DNA from: Cystobasidiomycetes sp. EMM_F5
Taxonomy: Eukaryota
Assembly (NCBI GenBank): GCA_051047955.1
Contig: JBPGPT010000007.1
Span: 372,001-436,000, forward strand
Reading direction: 5' to 3'
DNA: 64,000 bases
Shown: one piece after another, positions 54,940 through 64,000 of the stretch
Layout of the letters: every line of letters starts with the position of its first letter
Position numbering within the stretch: position 1 is the first letter of the stretch
Translations under genes and position numbers: made by a program
Notes under the pieces: model-generated
The model's input: only the letters and a program-made list of their open reading frames with translations
What the model was told of the DNA's origin: nothing
Database searches by the model: none

Positions 54940-55700
54940 TCTGAAAGTTTATCGGGCCGTCGGCAAACAGAAGATTAACAGTAGAGCAATTCTAAGGTGT
55001 GAGGAGTGATGAAGCTGTGATGAGAACGAAGCTGAGAGCGAGATGCCACGACAACGAAAGTTCCTGATTGACTGCAACCAATTGCAACAGAGTATGTGGC
55101 AATATCAGTCAAGGCTGCGCTGCCACAGACACTGCTCGGAACAAACGGACGATGTTCTACTTTATGCACCGCGATGGCATCTCAAGAACTAATGTCACCT
55201 CATGACTCGGTGTAGCAGTGATCCGGAGGCCGCATATATACGGCGGCCATCGCAATCTTCGCTCGCCGATATAGTCCGGAAGCCGCGGCACTGCATGCAT
55301 TTCGCTTCGTGAAAATCTTTACATCCGTTGATGTAGTAGACATCATTGTAACCCACTGATGCTGACACGACCGGGAGAAATCACGAATAGTCATGGTTGG
55401 CCATTTTTGAGAGCTACTATAAATTTCCATCACCGCCGCCGATAGTGATGTCGAGGCGGTTGTCAGAAGCATGTAAGTAATTCAGCACCACCCCGGGTAA
55501 GACGGCCTGCTCGTTTTGACTTCACTGATGTGTAGGAGGGGGACAGCCACGTCATTGCTCGTTACGGATCATGCGACTGTCTCAACCGTGCCTGGCTCTC
55601 ATCCTGTCTACATAGTAAAGGTGCCCCAATCGGAAGCCTATTATTCGTATCTATCGCGACGGCGGGGTCCATTGGGGAGTCGGCGAAAATCGCGAGTGGC

Positions 55701-56699
55701 TCATCTCCTACGGTCATACTCTTCGTCATCAACACGTCGCGAACGATGTCGATGTGACCTGTGTCGGCGATCACGATGATCGCGGTCACCGCAAGACTCC
55801 GCTGGGTAACCTGAACGCCTATGCTGCCTGTGCTCACCCTCTCGTCTGCTGCGATAAGCGTCATCGTGGCCACGGCGCCTGCTGTTCCGATGAGGCTCAT
55901 GTTCCCTTGATCTGTGATGCCGCTGATGCCGTTCACTGCGCGTGTTGTGATGAGTTCTGCTGTCACCATTGCGACGGTGTCCCGATCCACCATGGTTTTG
56001 GGAGCGTCTGCTATCGTGGTGTCTGCCTTGATGACCACGACGATGCCTCCTCGCATTGTCGTCATGCAGGAGTTGAGTGTAAGCATTGTCGTTGGTCGGG
56101 TGTGTGCGTCTCCTTCGCGCTTCGCTTGTGTTTTGAGAGGGGATTGATTGCGCATCTGAACCTGACGACTCGCTGCCCGCTCTGGGAATCTGTCGGTCTG
56201 CAACTACGTCTTTACTTGTGCGTCCTAGAGGCTCCACAAAATACACAAAATGTGCCCTTCGACCTCCGGAAACCCGTGGTTGCTCGAAAATAAAGGTAGA
56301 CCCATCAGAGGATGGTATATTTTCGCGCTCGCCGTATCGTCTGCACAGCCATGTACGCGAGATCTCCACCTTCGGCGGTCCTTCGAGGGCATCATCTGAA
56401 TCTGAGCCTGAGCCTTCGCTTGCAGGGATGCGGTATATCGTCTCCAGTATTGGCGTCCGTCCATGAGAAGGATGAAGGCTGCAGCCTCCTCGAGTACGAT
56501 GCCCGGCACACAAAGCCCGCAGCTTGAGGAGTATACCCGACTCGAAAGGCGCTGTGCGAAGCACAAGGCCTGCAAAAGTCACTGCAGTCTGACGCATGCC
56601 GAGTGCATCTCTGGCTGGCACACGCTCCCAAATGGGTTTTGAACTGACGAGATTGTCGCCAATCGGAGCCGAAGATGACGACGATGATCTTGGGACCAT
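55701..56699 (-). CDS. Orphan family paralog 2
   Basis: 332-aa intronless ORF; LCAGH...C..HPSHGRTPILET, WLC, FVY..PLG. Confidence 0.8.
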   Translation of the reverse strand: MVPRSSSSSSAPIGDNLVSSKPIWERVPARDALGMRQTAVTFAGLVLRTAPFESGILLKLRALCAGHRTRGGCSLHPSHGRTPILETIYRIPASEGSGSDSDDALEGPPKVEISRTWLCRRYGERENIPSSDGSTFIFEQPRVSGGRRAHFVYFVEPLGRTSKDVVADRQIPRAGSESSGSDAQSIPSQNTSEARRRRTHPTNDNAYTQLLHDDNARRHRRGHQGRHHDSRRSQNHGGSGHRRNGDSRTHHNTRSERHQRHHRSREHEPHRNSRRRGHDDAYRSRREGEHRQHRRSGYPAESCGDRDHRDRRHRSHRHRSRRVDDEEYDRRR

Positions 56700-57076
56700 G
56701 GTGCTGCGTGCTTGCGAATGCAGCTGCTATGCCGTAAGGGACGTAATGAATTGAACGGAAAATGAAATCCGAGATGTCCGCCTGGCGGTATCTATAGCGC
56801 CCAGTGTGCCGGGGCGATTGAGAGATGTCTATACGATACGAACCAGGTTGGATTTCGGGGGAGACGGGAGAGTTGTAGACTTGACCTTCAATATGTCCTC
56901 GGCAGTGCGAAAAGGTCAAATGTATGTAACGGCGGTGTCTTTTTGTGATTTAGTGTGACTGTCTTTCAAATGCACAGATCTGACCATTTCGAGTGGGCTG
57001 GAACTGGGGATCGTCATTGACTCGACAAATTTCAGTCGCATACTGGCAAATCCAGCACGGTGTTGTTGAACCAGCT

Positions 57077-58057
57077 TCAATTACGTCTCCGCCTCTGCCT
57101 ATCTTCCTGGTGGGTTTGCAGCCCAAATACATCTAGAAGAGCACGAATGGCGGGTTCCAAAGCTTGATGTATATTTTCATCTTGACGGTTGTGGTGGCGA
57201 GAAGGTACGAATTCGCTTGGGCGAGGATGGGAGTGTCGAGATTGTCGCACAGGATGACCTCGCTGGTCAGTTGATGTGCGTGTTGCTTGGCTTCGACGTG
57301 GTGTACGATGGGAACTCGGTCGAGTCTGTGACTGATGATGACTACGATGGTGTACATGACTTCTCCCGGGATGGTGTCTACTGTGTCCACTGCCATGTTG
57401 CCTGCTCTGTTCTCGCCGCCAAGCACGTTGCCGTGCGACGGCTTCGTTGTACATTGCTGCTTCCTCATTGTCAGACCTACGGTCTTGATCCCGCGAATTA
57501 GACGGTCGAGTTAGCATACGGGGCGCATCGCGGTATAGCTCAGGAGGACCGAATGCTTGAAGATAGTAGACAAAGTACCTGCGATGCCTACCCGCAGAGT
57601 GGCCTCTACCGGCATCTTCGAAAGCATAAGGACCAACATCGCGCAAAGAGGGCTTGTCTCTCCTTTCTTCATATCGCCGGCATAGCCAATATTGACCTAG
57701 CGCAAGTCCATCTTGCTCCATGCTGTTCTCCTCGAAGTATCTGCTCTCTAAAATCGGGTCCGTATGGTATTGGTCATACGAAAAGCGGCACCGTCTTGCT
57801 GATGAATGACCAGGACACAGACACAACAAAGAAGAGTCAGGATCTGTTTGCAATCTGGTGGAGGTTTTCAGCGTTGCGTCGCTAGTCAAGGCAAATTGGC
57901 GAATCCCATTACGGTCGCGCGCTGGCTGTCGTCTCCAGAAAGGTTGATGGCTATACAGGGTTGCACGTGAGCCAACATCTCGATGCCAGCCTTGATCATG
58001 ACTTCGGTCAGAATCATGCACCTCACTATCGAGAGGACTACGCTGCCTAGACGCCAT
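57077..58057 (-). CDS. Orphan family paralog 3 (most divergent)
   Basis: 326-aa intronless ORF; QPFWRRQPARD...RQ, LCPGH, PILES, WLCRRY, YFVY. Confidence 0.78.
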   Translation of the reverse strand: MASRQRSPLDSEVHDSDRSHDQGWHRDVGSRATLYSHQPFWRRQPARDRNGIRQFALTSDATLKTSTRLQTDPDSSLLCLCPGHSSARRCRFSYDQYHTDPILESRYFEENSMEQDGLALGQYWLCRRYEERRDKPSLRDVGPYAFEDAGRGHSAGRHRRYFVYYLQAFGPPELYRDAPRMLTRPSNSRDQDRRSDNEEAAMYNEAVARQRAWRREQSRQHGSGHSRHHPGRSHVHHRSHHQSQTRPSSHRTPRRSQATRTSTDQRGHPVRQSRHSHPRPSEFVPSRHHNRQDENIHQALEPAIRALLDVFGLQTHQEDRQRRRRN

Positions 58058-58761
58058 TTAGACTTGTGAACGAGTGCTCCTGACCAGCGAATGAACTAGT
58101 CTGAATGTGATGACGAGCGTGGTGGATCACGGTAGCGGAGACGTCAGCTCTGTATCGAATCGCTGGCGAATAAAAATGGAGTGAGGCGACAGAGAGAGTA
58201 AGAGGCAAGTAATAGCTGCCTCCGCTGTACCATTTAACCGCCTTCAGACAGGACAGGGCACCGCCTCCAGCCACTGGTTTGTTGGACACGTCAGACATAT
58301 TTTATGGAGTCCCGAGTGAGGTGTCATGGCAGTGGTAGCCTTGGCGCAAATCGGCTAGTATTGAACAGCTGAGTCGCGCCATTTTCCACAGGATCTACGC
58401 CTGTCTGCCTTGACGAAACCCTCTAGCCTAGATCGCGTCGATGCTCATACTTTGGCTGACAGATGATGCATTTGAGCACTGTAGTCAGGCTCGCAACCAT
58501 AGAGATGGTCATCTTGTGCACACGATGTCGTTTAGCTTCAACAATGGGGGCAGACAGTAATCTCTGTCACAAAGCATGCAATGTACATATCGAGGCATAT
58601 TTTCTGTATCAGTAAGTAGATGTCTCAAGTCTCACGTCTCACGGCTACATCTTGCTGTTCTGAGGAGCGCTTGATGCGTGAAAGCACGATTAGCACAGCG
58701 ACTTACGGTCGCACGAAAGTGAATGTTATGGGAAATCGCTACGATGTCTCAATCGACGTTT

Positions 58762-59259
58762 TCAGCCCAGCATGCTCCATATTTTTCTGAGCTTGCCGAA
58801 AGCGCCAACGGGCTTCCCATTCTTGCCGCTGTTTCCGCCAGCGGAGAGGAATTTCTGGATCTGTGGCCCATACTGTTGTATCATGGGCCCATACTTTTGT
58901 ATCATCTCTGGGGTAATCATTTTGGCCAGATTGTTCAGATCCGGTGAAGCGTTGCCTCCTTGATTGTGCACGGATGCGGCGGAGTGTCCATACACGGAAG
59001 CGGTCCTGTTGGTCCGAGACGCAACAGAAGCAGCTCCGGATCGATAGTTGTGACTGGCGGGTCTTGCAGCATTGTTTGGTGCCGGTATGAAGACTTGATC
59101 ATTTCCAGAGCCGTCCCTTCCATGAATGTGGCTTACAACCAAACGACTCGGACAATTTGCATCAAGGCAGACCTGCGATGCGGACAATGCTCGTTTGCTG
59201 TGGGCGCCATACTGGTATTGTAGGCTTGCTGGCCGGGGCCGTGAGCTGAAGATGCCCAT
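58762..59259 (-). CDS. Small hypothetical protein with N-myristoylation motif and 7-aa repeats
   Basis: 165-aa ORF MGIFSS...; MIQKYGP/MIQQYGP/QIQKFL repeat. Confidence 0.6.
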   Translation of the reverse strand: MGIFSSRPRPASLQYQYGAHSKRALSASQVCLDANCPSRLVVSHIHGRDGSGNDQVFIPAPNNAARPASHNYRSGAASVASRTNRTASVYGHSAASVHNQGGNASPDLNNLAKMITPEMIQKYGPMIQQYGPQIQKFLSAGGNSGKNGKPVGAFGKLRKIWSMLG

Positions 59260-59686
59260 CCTGAGCAGACAGCTGCTGCGATAAGATGTTTGCCCGATTA
59301 GACAGCTGTAGAGTGAAAACGTCCGACAGTCTGAAATGACAGTCGCCGCGAGTCGTGCACTGATTTGTGGCAGTCCAGCTAGGCGATGTCAGCGCTGCGA
59401 CAAGGGTGGAGGCAGTGACCGTCTCAGCATCTGGAGCGGTAGAGTGAGTCGTCTGGTCAGCAGGGCACGACGTGTGTGCGCACGGCGAGTGAAAGCAGTC
59501 GCAGAGATGGAGTCGCTGCGCTCATGTCAGCCAGCCATCAGCCTTATTTAAATCAGTCCGTCAGCGCATAGGTCGACTCCGACAGCCACGACGAGCATGC
59601 GAGCTGGCTGTTCTCCTCGAGCGTCGTCGAATACCGGTCTGCAAGACTGCGTATGACCAGCGTTTCCCATCTAGAGATATCGAGCA

Positions 59687-61103
59687 ATGACCGCAGCGAT
59701 GTCCATGTCCGAAAACGATATAGGAAGTAGTGCCAGCGCACCGGAGCCTCCAGAGCGATCCGAAGCGCAACCAGAGGACTCCAATCAATCACTCCCCGTC
59801 ACATCGTCCATCATGTCTGGAATTGGCCAAGTCGAAACAGTGACCGATGATGCAGGATGTCTGGAAATGGTGAGTTCAAGACACGAAAGCGCAGCGAGCA
59901 GGCATAATGTAATGACGACGAATTATTATCAGCAAAATGGCGATACTAGACATCTGCACAAGCACAATGACGCGCCTGACTCCGAAGCTACTCCTGCTCG
60001 CAAGGTAAACAAGCCGGGCAAACACTTTGTTGGGGGCTTGTTGGCATCTTCCAGCGCAATGAAGCCTTTCCGCTCTCCTCTGTCCTCTACAGCACGTCCA
60101 TCAGCACGCGTTACTATCTCACATGATGCGATTTTCGATTCTCCACTCAAAACGACACTGCCCAAGAATTCCACCCCTCTGCGCAATTCTGCCAAATCTG
60201 CCCTATCATCGTCAATTATAGGGCGGACGACTCTTGCCAAACCATTCAAATCGCCCATAGTCAAGAGAGCTTTAGATTCTGAAAGCCCGTCACAACCTGA
60301 TTCCGCCGTCACAGTCGGAGAACAGCCTTCGATGACATCGCTGCAACTATCATCAGCTTTACCCTCTGCAGAACGTCGTCTTGCAATCTTGAGGAACGCC
60401 AAGCGCCACTTAGCCGCCAAAGAACGCGGAACGCCATCCTCGGACAATACAGATCATATACGTGAATTATCCAGAAAATGGCTAGTTGCGGGGCGCGAGG
60501 CAGCAGACATGTTGTGGAACTATGCAAAAGACTCAAACCAGGGAGACATATTCAACGACACACTAAGCCGGTCGAAGCAATCTAACGGGTTCGACAAAAG
60601 CTGGGGATGGGCAGGCCCAGATATCGCTACCGAAACCATGCGCGACAGGGTCACGGAGGAGCTTCAAAGCATGACTGACTCTGAGCGCGCCGAGCTGTAC
60701 CGTTGTGTGGAAGACGACGACGAAAGGCATCCTCTACCGGATGCCGTAGACTTGATAAACAGACCTTCCAAGCGTGCTCGCCGCGAGCAGACGGACAATG
60801 ATGCGCATGAAAGGACCTTCGTCAAGGCTCGAGAATACGATCAATATGAGCCATACGACGAAAGCACCAAGGACTATGTTTCCAGTGAAGAAGGGGAGCG
60901 GGATGATGACGGCAAGAATGAAGAGCAAGGTGGAGGAGCAAGTCAAGAAAATTCAGGCATGCGTCGAATGTTGATGCAATGCGGCATAGAGTGTGTCTTC
61001 TCTTACAGGAGAACTACAAAGATCGCTAATGTGCAATTTACTTGGCAGCTGTGCGATGTTTGGATGGGATGAACAGCAGGAGGAGTGGCGTGATATTGAC
61101 TGA
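59687..61103 (+). CDS. SFR1: Sfr1/Mei5-family recombination mediator subunit
   Basis: KPFRSP and KPFKSP motifs; ELSRKWLVAGREAADMLW; spliced C-terminus MRRMLMQCGIDCAMFGWDEQQEEW. Confidence 0.72.
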
Positions 61104-61281
61104 TGCCATCGCCGTGGTGGTAAGTTGACCTATACAGACATCTCTGAGCAGATTCTCATCATCTTATGTCGCAGGGCACGGGCCTTGTTTGTTCGAATGA
61201 CCATGTAGCCATAGTTCGACTTCCACAAACAGCTTTTCGCTGCATACCTATTGCTACATCTGTGTTTACTACACTGCTACT

Positions 61282-63826
61282 CTAGTCGGTCGGCCTTGAC
61301 GCAGCTGGATCGGGGCCACTCCAGGATGACAACCGAGATACTAAACGTCTTGCAACTTTACGAGGCGAGAGTGTTTCTTCTGGTGAGACGGGCGATGTTT
61401 CGCTCAGATGGGCAGAGGCAGACCATGAGCGCCGTAATGGATGATGTTGGGACGATGGACTAGGAGGTGTGTCGTAGACTGGCTCTTCGTAGAAAGGGTT
61501 GGACGAACCAACATAAACATCGCCCGCTAGAGACCTCTTTCTACGATGTCGAATACTCAACTGCGCAGAATTATGATTGTCCTCACGGGTAGCCGCAGTT
61601 GCGGCTGCGTTAGTGGCAGTCTCAAGAGGCTCGCTCGACGTCCGCTCAAGAGCCGAAGATTTGAGTGCACTTGCGGTACTTGTAGGGAAATGGGCTTCTA
61701 TAGGCGAATCAGCCAATGCAGATGTATCGTCCGATAGATGTCTGCCATGTCGTAGACTAGCCTGCAGGCTATGTCGTAAATGTGACGAGCCCGATGGAGC
61801 AGTAGCATATGTGTTTCGTCGATGATGACTCGGACGAATAGCGAAACCTGGACTCGAGGCGGCGATCCCGACACTGAAACCTCGGGGTGGACCTCCTTGA
61901 TCTGACAGAAATGTCTGATAGAGATGTGCAATACGGCTCTTCAAGTCATTGTATGACTCCTCCTCAGGTTCGTCGGAAAGAAGTCGCTGATCCATCTCTT
62001 CGTGTTCGTTTCCGCGTATCGATTGTCCGCCCTCCAAATCCGTCAGTTCAGGTGGTGAGAGCATTCCCAACTCCTCTTCGACCTCCTCCTCCGGTGACCG
62101 AATACTAACGACCCAAACTCCCGCCAGGAGAACTACGATGCCAAGCACCATCAAGCCAATCTGCAAAGGCGACAGCTGATTCCACTGATTATAATACACT
62201 AACCGAAGTGGGCGGTCAGAGGAGCACGAGCTTAAACCGCAGGGCGACACTCACTAAGACCATTGAAGATTGAACTGAGATTATAGAAACAGAACGCTAG
62301 CGGACAGATAAGGGTGGGGCCAACGAGGCGCAAACTTTTGTTGAGATACCATAGCTGATGCAACAGTCGAGTCAACTCCTGCTGAGGCAGCGCACATATG
62401 TCAAGCGACGCACCTGCAGCAATGCACACAGTAAAAGGGCCAACACAATCATCCAAGATTGCCACTTTGTAAATTGGTTATGTCCGACCACAGTGAGGAT
62501 CAATAGTTCAACGCCTGTCTTGGCGAAGAGCAGGCATAGTCCACTTAGTGTACCGCTAGCAGAACCGTATGCGATGCCTAGCCATAAGCGGATACTGTCG
62601 GCCTTATCCTGCGGTAGCATCGGTCGAATAGACGACTCATCGCCATTCCGCAAACCGCGCTTGTAGAAGCTGCCGTGTTGTTCTTTGGCAATACCAGATC
62701 GAAAGCCGGTCTCCGGTGTAAAACTGGTGTCGGTCAAGAGTGATGCGGCCGTTTGGTACGAATTGCCACCAAACGTGACTTTTCGACTATGTAGCAGGCC
62801 ATTCGCTTTCCGTGAAGTCTCAATCTGGGGCAGCTCGGAGTGATTGACAGAGTTTTGTGGGTGTGACGCATTTTCAGCGCCATCGAGAGGCTCAACGTTT
62901 AGGGCCAGGTATGCGGGAGGCGTACTCCATCTCCGATTTCTGCGAGAGGTGTTGCGGAGTATAGCCTGTTGACCGTTTCGATTGCCTTGCTGTGTGGGCG
63001 GCGTCGAAGGCTGGCTGTTTGCATCCTCGTCCTCGTCATCTGTAGTCGGTAGAGCGATGTACAAGCTCTGTAGACGTTTCTCCAGCGTCGCCTCGGACCA
63101 GTGTGCTGATCCTAGAATGAGAAGGAGAATAGCAGCCTGCAGGGAAGTCCAGATGATGAAGGCCGGACGCGAGTACAGCTCGAGCAAGTCTTCAAGGGTA
63201 TGAGTCGTCTCTGGGACGACGCCAAATATGGCTATGAGCACTGCGCCACCAGCGACCAGGATTGTGCCTATGAACCGAGTCAGACGTGAATGGTCTACTC
63301 GATGCAACTCGCTGCGCACCGACGATGAGATAGCGAGAAAAGACATCGCCGAGCAGGAATCTTGCAAACAGCGCGTTCCACAACAAGGATACCTATCGGA
63401 CGTGATGGAATGAGGCTTCAAGAGCCGTAATAGAAGGCGGGGTTGATGTGGTGGACTCACAGCACCCAGAGGAGCCAGGATGACGATAGGCAGAGCACCA
63501 ATCTGAAAGACGGATCCAAGAATGTTGCTCGTGATGAAAATGACGAAACCGACTAGCCAAAGTGACCGTTTCCAGTCGCTCTTTCTCGCCGAAGCTGGCA
63601 GTGCTTCATTCTGCAGATGCGACTTGCGCTGTATCGTCAGACCTGCCGAGCAATAATCGTCTGTCAGTTCGCGCCCAGCTGTCCATCAAACACAGCCGTG
63701 CATACCGAGCGACTGCACAAACGACGCGGCGAGGGCTACGATGATTCCTGTCGCTATCGATATGCTGGCGGGGGCATCCTGGGCTGCGTCTGAGGCTGAA
63801 GTGCCCAGCAAGCGAGCTTCAACCAT
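61282..63826 (-). CDS. NIPA/DUF803-family membrane protein (putative Mg2+ transporter)
   Basis: ASFVQSLGLTIQRKSH, LWLVGFVIFITSNILGS, LPIVILAPLGA, LCLLFAKTGVELL, LNKSLRLVGPTLICPLAFCFYN. Confidence 0.88.
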
Positions 63827-64000
63827 CTTTCGATATGGCCGACTACCGAGCTATGTCGAGTCTGACGGGCATGTATGGGCGTGTATATGAGTGTCCGATA
63901 TCCAAGACTACCCAGCTGTGTCGCCAGTCTGCCGCTGGAATGCTGAGCCTTTGATCAACAAGCCGGGGTTACGGGCAGCTATCTTATGCTGGCGAGCTGG

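Noticed and set aside
2529..61103. Meiosis/genome-stability cluster (Siz1, Nse3, Crk1, Sfr1)
   Set aside because: Spread over ~58 kb among unrelated housekeeping genes; chance co-location is sufficient without synteny data
71..63744. Numerous short antisense or overlapping ORFs in the track
   Set aside because: Shadow frames of real exons or intergenic chance ORFs, many with non-ATG starts and no motifs
1..64000. Mating-type locus
   Set aside because: No STE3 receptor, homeodomain gene or CAAX-ending pheromone precursor recognised

Overview
Gene-dense, intron-rich eukaryotic DNA from a fungus. Short GT-AG introns with CTGAC/CTAAC branch sites and the protein sequences suggest a basidiomycete yeast (taxon is inference). 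About 24 protein-coding genes were identified by manual splicing, so boundaries are approximate. Housekeeping and conserved genes: ADP/ATP carrier, Siz/PIAS SUMO ligase, Rab5, LtrA-like membrane protein, Nse3/MAGE, VPS13, fatty-acid elongase, Crk1/Ime2-like kinase, a hidden NDUFA4/B12D-like gene, m-AAA protease, UreD, an MHYT-sensor hybrid histidine kinase, an O-fucosyltransferase-like enzyme, an SLC35C2-like transporter, RPS3, Sfr1/Mei5 and a NIPA transporter. The most novel part is 53.4-59.3 kb. It holds a probable non-coding snoRNA host transcript divergent from RPS3, then three tandem, intronless, divergent paralogs sharing an unrecognised Cys/His domain with Arg/His-rich tails, then a small putatively myristoylated orphan. 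No tRNA, rRNA, CRISPR array or transposon was recognised. No database searches were run; family calls come from recognised motifs.
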